Positions 1 through 14,267 of a stretch of DNA of 64,000 nucleotides are shown here, piece by piece. A program made the position numbers and the translations under genes. Position 1 is the first letter of the stretch, and each line of letters opens with the position of its first letter. Source of the stretch: the human T2T-CHM13v2.0 reference genome, Homo sapiens; the NCBI RefSeq assembly GCF_009914755.1, contig NC_060926.1. The stretch is one strand, 5' to 3'. The notes below the pieces were generated by a model. That model was not told where the DNA came from. It ran no database searches and worked only from the letters and a program-made list of their open reading frames with translations.

Positions 1-161
1 AATCATATTTTATGTTATGTAGTTAAAATAAATTAAGCATTTAATGTTATTTGTTAAGTAGTGAACAGATGGATATTTTCTTTGATTAAAAATATTAAAT
101 ATGGTAATAAAATAATTTATTTAATACAACTTCAGTAATAAGCTGTTCTAAATGAAATATG

Positions 162-1200
<1,039 letters not shown>

Positions 1201-1434
1201 GTTTAAAATCTTTAACATAAAGTATAAAAATCATAAAATGATTATTGAAAATTCTTGGGGTGGGAGATCTCTTAGTAATGTACTGTGAAAAGGGTTTAAA
1301 AGTGAAAAACTTTGTGCAATGGGCAAGTGTAACCACCACTTAGGGAAGAGCAGATTCTCAGCTCTGTAACCCAAATGTGCAGCTACAGCATCTAGATGGC
1401 TGTTTTTTGGTAGACATTCATATTATTTCAGGAC

Positions 1435-2022
1435 TGTGCTGACCATTTGCTATTTTAGCTTATTCCTCCCTTCTTTTTTTGTAGTAGACTCTGATTTGTG
1501 TTTAGAATTTGCCCCTCTGAACTTTCCAAGCCTCCCATTCCATATATACTTCTGTTTCTTGAGCAGAAGACTACAACCAACTTTAAATCCAGTAATTATT
1601 TTGGCTTAAGCCCAATCAGCACATTTATTTCCTTTATCCACAGTGGTTGACTTATGTGGCCCATTTTGGTTCAATGAGCTGTGGAGAGATATTTTCTAAG
1701 GGTTTCTGGGAAAGAGATTTTCTTGAAATTGCAAAAAGCCTGCCTGACAAGACACTCACTTTCTGCTGGATATTAGGGAGAAAATATGTAGTTACAGAAA
1801 CCCTTGGTAGCCATCTTCCAAACACAAGATAAAACCTTAAGAGGAAGAAGACGCTGCAGACGGCAGTTTGTGGTATCAATGTTGAACAGCTTATTTGAGC
1901 CAGCCCTGAGGCTTATATGACCTCTGAAATTTTCATGTACATGGGTAAATGCATTCCCTTTACTGTTCCAGTCAGTTTGGATCAGTGCTTTCTGATTCTT
2001 GTATCCAATACCTTTCTGAGAC
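1435..2022 (+). mobile_element. Old MaLR LTR (MLT1J/K-like)
   Basis: MLT1-type motifs GGTAGCCATCTT, CCTCTGAAATTTTCATGTACATGG and CAGTTTGGATCAG...TTTCTG near the 3' end. Confidence 0.6.
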
Positions 2023-2665
2023 AATAACTTTAATAAGAAATATGACGATGGTTTTGATAGGGAGTAAAAATCAAGTGTAAAATAACATTCTTACAAGAGA
2101 AAAAAGGTGTGGTGCATTGGATCTATGTGTTGGTTTAGGCACATTTGACCACCTCTGGCCTTCTTCTAAGTCCCTTGAAATAAAAGGAAATATATTTGTC
2201 AAAACTAGACCCACTACTTTCATGGAAAACAAGAAAGGGCAACATCAACATATCAGAAATGGTGGGAAATTTCCTGGATGATGGAAAGTAATGGGATTGA
2301 CTTGATAAGGGTTGAAAAAACACACAGAGAAAACAGCTAGGTAGATAAGAGCAGATTCTGAGAAATTTCAAGGGAACAAAGAACAGAAAGGGTCATGTGA
2401 CAATAGATGGGCCATTGGTACTGAACAGGGGCCAGTTACGTTCATAAACCCTCTCACACTGAGCCACAGGTCACAGAGATGAGGGGTGGGTGATTGTCCA
2501 GGTGAAGACACCAAGATTTGCACACTAGACGGTCAACCGCTGCCTCAGCAGTGTTTCTGGTTAGGAAGTGGAAGCTTCTAGAGAGCACACTGTCAGCCCC
2601 CCTCAATTCACACCATTTGGGGTGGGAGTGAGGAAGGACCTTTGCAACTGCAAAGCTAACTAAAT

Positions 2666-2795
2666 AAAGCTTCCCAGGTCTTCATTCATAGAGATAAATG
2701 GGAATTCTTAAAGCTTCCCAGGTCTTCATTCACAGAGATAAGTGGGAATAAATCTTCCCAGGTCTTCATTCATAGAGATAAGTGGGAATTTTAAG
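2666..2795. repeat. Minisatellite, 3 copies of a 40-44 bp unit
   Basis: AAA(G/T)CTTCCCAGGTCTTCATTCA(T/C)AGAGATAA(A/G)TGGGAAT starting at 2666, 2710 and 2750. Confidence 0.95.
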
Positions 2796-2799
2796 AATC

Positions 2800-3640
2800 T
2801 CAGATGCCATGTAGAAAACCAATAGCTAGAAAGAGAAGGATCAAGCTGAATGAACAGATCACTGGACCACAGAAAGAGAATATTGAGAACAAAAAGGTTA
2901 CAAAAGAAGTTTATTTTCTGTCTTTGGATATAAACAACAACATTCAAAGAATCTATTCATAAAATAAGAATTGGCAGCTATAAAAAAGTAACTCAGAGTA
3001 CAGAAGGGTTTTTGAAAATAAAAAATATGATTGTCAAAATAAAAAAAGTCTAATGGAAAGAATAAGTAATGGAATGAACTTAAGACTGCAATAGTGATAG
3101 GACTAAGAATAGGATTAGGTAGGCAGGAGGGATTTTTCATTTTATTCTATATTTTTCTATGTTGTTTGAATGTTTTTAAAGTAGTTGAGTAAAAAAGAAA
3201 AATTTAAAAATGGAATTGACTCAATAATTCTACTTTTGATAAGTACTTTTTAACATTAATTCTAAGGAAATCAACCCATATGCAGACAAAAATATATGTG
3301 CCACATATTTAATACATCTTTCATATTTATAATGCCAAAACATTGCAAATAATCTAAATATTAAACAGAAAAGTGACTTAATAAATTATTGAGTACACAT
3401 GTTATAATACTTTATGCTACCATTAAAAATCATGTTTCAAAAAATATATCTAAATGTGAGGAAAACATACAAGATATATTAAGTGATAAAACAGAACCAA
3501 AACTATACTTCGTATATTCAAAATAGAAAGTATGTAGAACCAAGTATTCATTGTGATTATCTCTGAATGATAACAGTTTTTTCTTCTGTATTGCATAAAC
3601 TGTTTATATTTAAAATCTATCACTAATTTACTTAGAAAAT
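2800..3640 (+). mobile_element. Ancient L1 (L1M/L1ME-type) fragments
   Basis: A-rich ORF1-like stretch, then L1 3' motifs (ATAATTCTACTTT, TATTTATAATGCCAAAA, TATGCTACCATTAAAAATCATG). Confidence 0.55.
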
Positions 3641-4574
3641 GCTCCTAGGAAAGAAAAAGGAAAGACTGTGATAGCAAGCAGAACATAGATGGAGTCCACA
3701 TGGTCCCTTTCTGTATCTCTCTCGCTGAGGTGTATATTTCACTGAGTCTGTGAACCAGGCTGGAGAGAAACCCTAGATGAAGATTCAATTGCTTTCTGGA
3801 ACAGAAGGTGTGCCTACTGTTTTGTAGTTTTGCTGATTTTGTTTTGTTTTCATTCAGAACAACATTGACATGAACCCACTCAAATGAATCATATTTATTT
3901 TAACCAACTGGTGTGGTGGGAACAAAATCTTTATATATTCATGTATGGCATGACACATACAACCCCTACACACACATACACACCCCCAAATCTACTCATG
4001 TGTTTCTTGGCCAAAAACTCTTGGGAAGTGTTATGCTTTTTTTCCAGTTTTTTAGCCTACATCTGGCAGATTGAAAAAGTATGAGTATGTACGTACAAGA
4101 GAATTTTGCAAAAATATGGCAATCTTTCTTTGCTCTAAACTTATAAAATTTTAATGAATTTGTGCATTCTTACATTCTAGGTATTTTCAGGAATTAAAGG
4201 AGATTATCCATTTATTAAAGAGGCATTTTATGTGTTTTTTAAATGAGTTACTATTTGATGCTTGCAATGCCCTGGCAACACATAGGCATTGTACTATTTC
4301 CCGCCCAAAGTTACTTGATTAGAATAATAATATTGTTTTTCCTCATAGTAGCTGTCTTCTGTCATTCTTCTTTGTAATCAATAACTAGATCACAGTAGAG
4401 AAAAAATGCTTTGAAACAGAACATTGATTTGGAACCTGTTTTTAATGTGAGAATTCAGGTCATTCAACACAGCTAGGCAGTTTTATTTTTTTTGTAAATC
4501 CATTTGATAAATTGCCACTTTATGCTTAAATAGACAAGCTTTCGTCCACTCTTCTTCAGTTTTTATGAAATCAG

Positions 4575-4740
4575 TTTAATGTAGTGAAAAAAAAATCAGG
4601 GGCTTTGGGTTCATACCGGCTTCAGCTGGAATTCTGGCTGTACTGTGTCCAAACTGCATGATTTGGGAAAGGTTACTTTTCTGAGCCTCAATTTATTTAT
4701 CTGTACAATCAGAATAATATCAAGGATGAAGGGAATGACA
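4575..4740 (+). mobile_element. MIR
   Basis: Core ATGATTTGGGAAAGGTTACTTTTCTGAGCCTCAATTT...ATCTGTA. Confidence 0.7.
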
Positions 4741-4859
4741 TTTGTAAAAGAAAATGACAAACTAGTATAGAGCTTGAATCTGAGTTGGTTAAATGTTTCT
4801 AATAATGTATACTATGCTATAACCATTGTTGTTTTCCTGTACTAGGGGCTTGGTATTCC

Positions 4860-5003
4860 TCTGGACTGAATTAGAAGCCAGGAGGCTTAGAGTCCAGCCT
4901 AAGTTTGGCTGTTACCTGGCTGACATGATCCTGAGCCTGTTCATCCTCATCTGTAACATGAGGAGGTTAGAGGAGATGACTAAGGCTTCTTCCAGCTCTG
5001 AAT
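4860..5003 (+). mobile_element. MIR3-like SINE
   Basis: CCTCATCTGTAACATGAGGAGGTTAGAGGAGATGACTAAGG...TTCCAGCTCTGA. Confidence 0.7.
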
Positions 5004-5180
5004 GGGGATTTTGAGTAAAAATCTTACTTTGCACCGTCACACGTGTGGCAGGTGTTATGGCCATGTCAGAGCTGAGACTGGGTTGGAATTAGCAACGCCC
5101 TCCTTAAAGAGTCTCTGTGTTTGAGGCTGATCAGTCTTCTGTCCTAGGAAGCTGGCAGAGTGCAGGGGCTGGGGGAGGCA

Positions 5181-6200
5181 CTTTTTTTTCAGAAGTAATT
5201 TATAAATTGATACATACTAATTATACATATTTATGGGGGTACATATGATATTTTGATACATATATACCATGTGTAATGACCAAGTCAGGGTGATTAGGAT
5301 ATTTGTCACCTCGAACATTTACTATTTCTTTGTGCTAGGGACACTCCAAATCTTCTAGCTATTTCAAAATACACAATAATAGTCACCCTACTGTGCTATC
5401 GAGCTCTAGAACATATTCCTTTTATTTAATTGTATTTTTGTACCTATTAACTAACCTGTTTTCATCTCACCCTCTCTCCTACCCTTCCCAGCCCCTGGTA
5501 TTTATCATTCTACTCCCTACCTCCATGAGATCAACTTTTTTTTAGCTTTAACGTATGAGTGAAAACACCTGATATTTGTCTTTCTGTGCCTGCCTTATTT
5601 TACTTAACATAATGACCTTCAGTTCTATCCATGTTATTGCAAATGACAGGAGTTCATTCTTTTTTAGGTGGCTGAATAATATTCAATTGTATACATATAC
5701 CATGTTTTATTTATCCATTTATTCATTGATGGACACAGGTTGGTTTTGTTTCTTAGCTATTGTGAATAGTGCTGCAATAAACATAGAAGGCAGATATGTC
5801 TTCCATATCTTGATCTCCTTTCTTTTGGATAGATACCTGGCAGTGGGATGGCTGGAAAATATGGTAGACCTGTTTTTAATTTCTTGAGGAACCTTTGTAC
5901 CATGTTCCGTAATGGCTGTGCTAATTTGCAATCCCACCAATCATGTACGAGCATTCCCTTTCTCTACATCCTTGCCAGCACTTGTTATTTTCTGTCTTTT
6001 TCTTAATAGCTATTTTAACTGCAATGAGATGACATCTCATTGTGGTTTTGATTTGCCTTCTCCTGTGAGTAGTGATGTTGAGCATTTGCTCATATATATC
6101 TGTTGGGTATTCGTATGTCTTCTTTTGAGAAATGTCTATTCAGATCATTTGCTCATTTTAAAATCGGATTATTTTGGGGTTTTTTTTTTGCAACTGAATT
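5181..6200 (-). mobile_element. L1MA-type 3' end (ORF2 C-terminus relic plus 3'UTR)
   Basis: L1MA 3'UTR in reverse (CATATTTATGGGGGTACAT...TGTGTAATGACCAAGTCAGGG); ORF pieces HDWWDCKLAQPL and [11 protein letters not shown] match L1 ORF2. Confidence 0.9.
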
Positions 6201-7389
6201 TTTCTTAACATCTCAACTATCAGGGAATGAGACTTAACCAAATTTTCTGCTTTGCTTGGAGCCCAAGAGTCTTGTGGGAAAAACAAGAGAACTCTGTCCA
6301 TTTTTGTAATTTTAATATGTACTGCACTTTCTGAGGTACTTGCGGGGCGGCGGGCGGTGGCGGGGGGGTGGGGGGGTGGTGGGTGGGTCTAAAGGAAGCC
6401 AGAATGAAGACAGAGACAAAACATTTATTTAGAAAAAAAATCTCTTTTTGTGAGGAAGAATTTTGGCAGGTTGAGCCGAACTGAGCAGCAGGGGCTAAAT
6501 ATTAGAGTTCAGATAGGACGTGAGGCTGTGCTTATCAACCCAACATGGCCTTTAGTCCCCAAATCCCCTTGCACAACCACCAGGCCCCCTTCCCAGCTCT
6601 GCAATGCCTGCCCACTCTATCCACTCTATGGGGAACGGGGCTTTGTACAGAGGAGAGAACCAGAGGGGTTCAGCAGCTCTGCTGTGGCAGGCTCTTCTGC
6701 AAGAGTTCTGATGAGAGGCAGCAGGTGTTGTCCAACTGGCTAGAGATGGAGAGCAGCCGAGCTACATAGCTTAGAGGAGACTACTTGGCCTGGAGGGGTT
6801 AGTGGCCTGTGGGTGATGGAGTAAAAATGGTCAACAGGGCAGGGAGGCAGAAGGCAGGTGGAGACCATATCGTATATGTGACAATCTCCACCTTTCTTTA
6901 TGACTTCTAGGGGAATTGATCCAAAGACCCACCAATTGGTGGACATTTGGGTTACAGCCCTGAAAATTCTTTGAACTGGTTGGGAAAAGGAAATTCAAAA
7001 AGGTACTGGACTTCCAGCTAATAAGTAGGTGTGTGGGTATGGGTGGAGGAGGATGTCAGGGCTGGGGGTGGTTTTGTATTGACTATTTGGATCTGGGATC
7101 TTATTTGTAACCTCTCTATACTTATTGGCTACTCTCACTTTGAATGTACTGGTTGTCCCCAGTATTTAGAATCATGACTTGCTGCTGTTACCTTATAGTT
7201 TAGCTTGTCTTATGGCAAGTGCTTGATGCCTGCTGTGTGCAAAAGCCTGCACTAAGTGCTGTGGAGGACGTTGTCCTGCTCTTGGCTACTCACTGTCCAC
7301 ACAGTCTGGCCTCATGATCCTTCCTCTTCATGAGGAAAAGTGCTTCCTCCATCCTTGGATATTTCTCTGCAGATAACACAAGTGGTAGA

Positions 7390-7695
7390 CTAGAACATTT
7401 CCAAAATATTATTTTTTATTGTAAAATATCATTTTATATGAGAAAAGTTAAAATTTTCATTTTAACTTTTATATGAGAAAATATAAAATGTCATTTTATA
7501 TGAGAAAAGAAAACACTTTCGCTCAGAGATCATCACTGTCAATTTGATATAAATTCTTAGAGTCTCCTTTTAATGCATATTTATCTTTCAACAAACATTG
7601 AGTCAATTGCATTTACAAAATGAATCACTCTGTGTATATGGTTTTGGAACTTGCTTTTTCATGCAACAATACATTGTGAATAGTTTTCCATGGAT
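7390..7695 (-). mobile_element. Ancient L1ME 3'UTR fragment
   Basis: GAGATCATCACTGTCAATTTG...AACTTGCTTTTTC...AACAATACATTGTGAATA...TTCCATG. Confidence 0.5.
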
Positions 7696-8264
7696 AGACA
7701 GAAAATCATTCCTCAGCTGGGTCTTGCAAATGACCTGGAGCTTTTATTTTTGTGGATGCTCTCTTTAATTAAAACTTGAGTTCCATATATGGATCTTTTC
7801 CTTCCATCCCTAAATTTGCATATTCCAAGAAGCCCATTTGTTAAAAATTATGAACGGAAGGATTGAAGGAAGAGAAATCCTTCTTTCCATTTAAGAACCA
7901 CATAAAAATGCTCTGAATGTATATTTGACATTATCATCTGCTTCACAGATTTCTTTGGCTGGTATCCATTTAAATTGTTTTACTCTGTGCCACATGGGCT
8001 CTGTGAAGCTATCAGCTGGTCTTCACTGGGGAGATGTGGCAGAAGAGAACTGAGAGGTGGTAGAAGGTGGGAGGTGGGGGCAAGGAGAGTCATTGAGAGT
8101 AACCAACACTTGTTCCTGATCCAGGGCCTGGGGTTCACGGAAATGTCAGCATCACTCTAGTGAGGACTCATGCACTGAGAAGATTTTCTTTGGAGGCAAA
8201 TTTGCCTTTATCTTCAAACCAAACAAAATCGAAATGGCCAAATGCAGGCTTTTCTTTTCTGGGG

Positions 8265-8510
8265 GCAATGTTTTCTGCAGAATATTAATAGGCGTTAGGA
8301 ACAAAAAAAGGGTTCTGTGGTAAAGCAAATTTGGAAAATGCTGTATTTTACATAAACCTGTTTCTTCAATGCAGGACTTCTCAGAAACTTTAGCATGCTA
8401 ATATGCACTCTGACCAAGAGAAGGAATCTGTCAACTTTCCCCAAACTCACACACTCTCATTCTCTTGATTTTGGGTATCTGTATATTAACAACTTTGGAA
8501 AATGCCAGTC
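8265..8510. mobile_element. hAT-Charlie-type DNA transposon relic (MER103C-like)
   Basis: GCAGGACTTCTCAGAAACTTTAGCATGCTAATATGCA and AACTTTGGAAAATGC; a reverse-complement relative lies at about 35100-35297. Confidence 0.55.
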
Positions 8511-9537
8511 CTGGAAGTATAGACTTCTATTGATACTGAAGTCAGGAAAAACAAAAGTGGTTCCGTTTTGTATTTAGGGTTGAGATGTTAGCCTGTAACT
8601 TGTCCTTCTTGGGGTTACTTCAGTCAAAAGCTACCTTCTAATGGGAGGTGGGTGTGACAGAAGTCGTTCTTGGGGATTTTAAGTAACAAATGCTAAGCTG
8701 AAATGCTTTTCTGAGAAATCTTTGAGCAGAGCTGGTTCTTTCCTTAGACCGCTTACAAAGTTTGCAAAATAACAGGTGTTGGCTGAGAGATGAAAAGTGT
8801 GTTTATAGGTCTCAGTATTTTCCTTCTTATATCCCTCAAACCTTTCACCTTTATAAGGGCTGTCATCCTGGAATGAGACCCAGGCAGCCTTCCTTCCTGG
8901 ACGCCAGCTGAAGGATCTCTAGTTGCCATCCACGCCCTGCCTCCCCTTCTTGGAGCTGGTGATTTACTGCTGTAGTCTGAACGTTGGAGAATGTTCTTAA
9001 TGAGCCTTACGACTGGGGGCTGTGCTTGGAGCTGCCTCTAACCACAACTATTCTTAGTAAAAAAAAAAAAAAAAAAAATTACCAGAAAACTAAGACCCCA
9101 GAAGAGGACCTCTGATGGGATGGTGGGTGTTTGAAAAAAAGAGGCAGGGTAGCATTCCTGGTTATCCGTAAATTAAAACAAACAAAGGCATATCACATCC
9201 AACTGTAGTCAATTGCTCCTATAAGAGAAGGAGTGTAATTCAAAGAGGTTTATGTATTTTGGCGGAGGATGGAGTGTGTGTGGGAGTTTGAAAGCATAGA
9301 ATAACATGACCAGGAACTAGCTCCAGTGGCTGGGCAGCTCGTGCTTGCTCACTGCATCCGGCTAATGTACCTGGAGCCAATCTTTTTTTGCCTCCTTTAT
9401 CCCTATTTGATCTCTTCCATGTCTGAGGCACCAAGGGGTGTTGGAAGAAAGGCTGCATGTTTCTGAGATAACATCTTATGTTTTCACAATTAGGAACCAT
9501 TTTAAAGCATAGTTGAATATTGTACTCTTACTCTCGC

Positions 9538-9817
9538 TTTTTTTTTTTTTTTTTTTGACAAGGTCTCACTCTTGACCAGGCTAGAGGGCTGCGACATGAT
9601 CATAGCTCTCTGCCGCCTCGAACTCCTAAGCTCAGGCAATCCTCCTTAGTAGTTGGGTCTACAGGTGCATGCCACTGTGCTTGGCTATTTACTTTTTGTA
9701 GAGTTGAGGGTCTTGCTATGTTGTCCAGGCTAGTCTCAAACTCTTCAGCTCAAGTAATCCTCCTGCCTTGACCTCCCACAGTGTTGAGGTCATACTTGTG
9801 AGCCATGGTGCCTAGTT
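9538..9817 (-). mobile_element. AluJ (Jo/Jr-like), diverged
   Basis: Poly-T then reverse Alu with J-type GATCATAGCTC and GGGTCTTGCTATGTTG. Confidence 0.92.
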
Positions 9818-9849
9818 CTATCTTATTCTTATACCAAGCCTGTGAGCAA

Positions 9850-10030
9850 ACATAGGATTTATCTCCATTATATATATATAAGACAGTAAAACATAGAGAC
9901 GTTAAGATCTTATGCCTGAAATTATAAAGCAAGTTAATGGCAGAGCCAGAGGGGACTTGCCTTTCCAGTTAGGGGGCCCAGGCTTTTCTAATCTAGGACT
10001 CTCTGGGTTGCTACACTAACTTCCTGTGCT
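9850..10030 (-). mobile_element. MIR fragment
   Basis: ATCTCCATT...GAGACGTTAAG...CAAGTTAATGGCAGAGCCAG. Confidence 0.5.
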
Positions 10031-10166
10031 TTAACATTTCAAATGAAAAAGGACTGAGTTTTGGTCACAATGATCCACTTACTGCAAGTTGAATCAAAAT
10101 CATTAAATGTGTTTATTAGAACACTTTTTTTGAGTCACCTTTCAGCTCCAGGGCTTAGGTTAGGAT

Positions 10167-10970
<804 letters not shown>

Positions 10971-11194
10971 GGATTGAGAGGGAGTGAAGGAATAGGGAGG
11001 GGATCTGGGAAGTGCATGGAAGTGAGGGTTCTGGCACCACCTGGGGGGTTAACACTTTGCCCCTACTTTTTTGGTCAGGCACTGTTGGTGGTTATCAGGA
11101 GATAGAAGGGGTTGAGAAATACTCCTGTAGTCTTAATATCCTCTCTCTTGCTTAATTTCATTTCATTTGACATTATTAGTTTCTGTTGTTTGAC

Positions 11195-11338
11195 TTTTTT
11201 TTTTTTTTTTTTTTTTTTCAAAGCGATGAGGTCTTGTTATGTTGCCCAGGCTGGTCTCCAACTCCTAGGCTCAAGCTACCCTCCCACCTTGGCCTCACAA
11301 GTGACTGGGACTACAGGCGCACACCACCATGTCTGACT
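11195..11338 (-). mobile_element. FLAM (free left Alu monomer)
   Basis: Long poly-T followed by a single Alu monomer in reverse. Confidence 0.85.
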
Positions 11339-11489
11339 GAGAATGACTTTAATGCAGTAGACTACTGCTTATCATTTCCAAAGCAGTGAACTTTCAGATG
11401 CTATTAGCTAATGTGGACCCAGACCTCTGCCACCTGGTCCTGGATACTCTGGGTATTTCTCAATTCTGGTTCCTTGAAGAGATTCTACT

Positions 11490-12060
11490 TTGCAGGAATT
11501 AGAGAAGGTTTCTAAAAGGAAGGGACATAAGAAAGAAATTTTGAAGAATGGATGGCTTTTGGGGCAAGTTAAAAATGTGCTGGAAAGTGGAAAAGGCAGG
11601 GAAATAGGAGCAGTATGGGCAAATGTATGAAGTAGAAATATGTATTCACGGAATGGCAGATAGCCTGGTATAGGAATGCGATTGGTTTGGGGTGAGATTG
11701 GAGGGACCTTGAATGTCATTCCTAGGAGCTTGGGTTTTATATGTGTTGGAAGGCTTAGTGTTTTGAATAGGATCTGAAATCCAGCCCATCTCTACAAAAT
11801 ACAAAAAAATTTAACCGGGTATGGTGGCGCACCTGTAGTCCCAAGTACTCAGGAGGTTGAAGTGAGAGAGAGTTGATTGTGCCCAGGAGTTTGAGGCTGC
11901 AGGGAGCCATGAACACACCACTGCACTCCAACCTGGGCAATACAGCAAGACCCTGTCTCCAAAAAGAAAAAAAAAAAAAGATCAAAGTTGCATATTTAGG
12001 ACGATTACCATGGCAAAAGAGTGTATGTTGACTTTGAAGAACAAGACGAGGTTGCAAGTG
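11490..12060 (-). mobile_element. L2 fragment, interrupted by a partial Alu
   Basis: GACCTTGAATGTCATTCCTAGGAGCTTGGGTTTTAT and GATCAAAGTTGCATATTTAGG motifs. Confidence 0.55.
11785..11979 (+). mobile_element. 5'-truncated AluJ (linker plus right monomer)
   Basis: CCCATCTCTACAAAA...GCCCAGGAGTTTGAGGCTGCAG...poly-A. Confidence 0.9.
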
Positions 12061-12461
12061 GTGGAAACTGATCTTAACTGCTTTCCATAATGAATAAGTA
12101 AATTTTAACAGAAATTAACACATCTTTTGAAAGGCAGCTGTCAATATACTTCCAATTGAATGTTTTGGGGACATCCAGCTTTCATATGGGTATAAATCAT
12201 GAACCCACCCCAGATCCCACATGGAAATTCTGAAGCTATTCCTCAGGCTTAGCTGTGAGCCTGGGTGGAGTCATCAGTAGTCAATTTTAAAATGTTGCTG
12301 ATAACAGGAAAGGCTAAGGGGGAGGAGCTATGAGAAGTGAAGGCAGGAAGTACAGGGAGCCAAGAAAGACAACTTGGTTTGTGTGGCAAACGGTAGCAGG
12401 GTATAGAATGAATGATTATACGGCAAAACAAGAGGAGAAACTTCAAATTATTCTGTTATAA

Positions 12462-12814
<353 letters not shown>

Positions 12815-12989
12815 TAAAAAATTTTAAATTATGTCAAAATTTGACTAAATCTGTATTGACCGAAAATCTAGCTTTTTGGAACAAATGCTTAATATTAGAT
12901 TATTTACTTGTCAATGTTCTAAAAGGCTTCAAATAAGTGCATAATCTTTGACGTGATGCATGAATTAATCTTACTGAAACTATCAGATG

Positions 12990-13525
12990 AGTTTTCAAAG
13001 AAGTGTACATGAAGATGCTTATTATTTATAATGGTGAAAAAATGGACACAACAGGAAAATAATTAAATACATTATGATATATTTAAGCAATGGCATGCAA
13101 TGCAGCCTTTAAGATGATATGACTATATGTTGACTTGGAAAGACATCCATGGCATGCTAAGGTTTTTTTTTATTATTATACTTTAAGTTTTAGGGTACAT
13201 GTGCACAATGTGTTGGTTAGTTACATATGTATACATGTGCCATGCTGGTGTGCTGCACCCATTAATTCGTCATTTAGCATTAGGTATATCTCCCAGTGCT
13301 ATCCCTCCCCCTTCCCCGCACCCCACAACAGTCCCCAGAGTGTGATGTTCCCCTTCCTGTGTCCATGTGTTCTCATTCATGGCATGCTAAGTTTTAAAGA
13401 AAGGAGGTATCCAAACTTTGGATATAATATGTTCCCATTTTTGTACTTTAAATATGTAAATATTCTTATATATAAACATCTGGAAGGCTACATAGCAAAT
13501 GCTAACAGTGGTTTGATCTAAGCTA
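12990..13525 (+). mobile_element. Ancient L1ME 3' fragment hosting a young L1PA insertion
   Basis: TTATTTATAATGGTGAAAAAATGGA...ATGCAGCCTTTAA...TGGAAAGACATCCATGGCAT; resumes after 13391. Confidence 0.6.
13162..13377 (-). mobile_element. L1PA2/PA3-type 3'UTR-only insertion (about 216 bp)
   Basis: Reverse of the L1PA 3' end; perfect 14-bp TSD CATGGCATGCTAAG at 13148-13161 and 13378-13391. Confidence 0.95.
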
Positions 13526-14267
13526 TTTGACACAGGCTTCTCTATTTTCTTCTTTAAATTTCCCCTTATTTTCCGAAAAAAAAAGTTTTTGCCATGAGAA
13601 AATAGAAATTCATTTTACAAGTTTACTTCTGTTAAAAGAAATAAAATGGTTAATTCTCGTGGAACATCTTTGGAATAAAAAGAGTGTTTACTCTTTAATA
13701 AACATATCTACATATTTATAAATATACAAATATTTATAAATTATATTAGTGTATATGTAGTATATGTGCGTTTGGGTTCCAGTGGCTAAATATACATGTC
13801 TATTTATATAAAGGCTATATATGCATAGTCTAGGAAATCTAGAAAATATGCTTTTTTGATGTGGTCAAATTTTCTTTTGTAAAAAGATTAAGTGACTCTG
13901 CATAATGGTGTGTTTTTTCCCTTAGAAATTCTAGTCCTTTCCAGGTGGGAAAAATCACTGCCTCGGCTCTGGATCTTTCAACCAAGGCTTGGAGAGTGGT
14001 TGCATAGCAACTGCTGTTGGCGTAAATGACCAGTCTTGGTTCTCTGGGGGATGATATTGACTTGCACAATAAAATGATGCATTCAGATACTTTGCCAGCT
14101 ATAATAGGATAAAAGAGCTAGGACCTTTTAGGAGCCATTTGAAAAAAGACTTGGTAAAATGGAGAGCTTCAGTTTGTTCCGTTGGAAATGATGAATCAAA
14201 TACAGGACAGCTTTGAACAATGAAATTCAACAATGCAAATTCCTCAGGAAAGGAATCATTTCCCTTC

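Noticed and set aside
2666-2795. CRISPR-like array
   Set aside because: Primate DNA; the repeats are contiguous with no unique spacers and no cas genes
11034-11050. CTCF-like motif CCACCTGGGGGG
   Set aside because: Lacks the key AG and GGC positions; weak match
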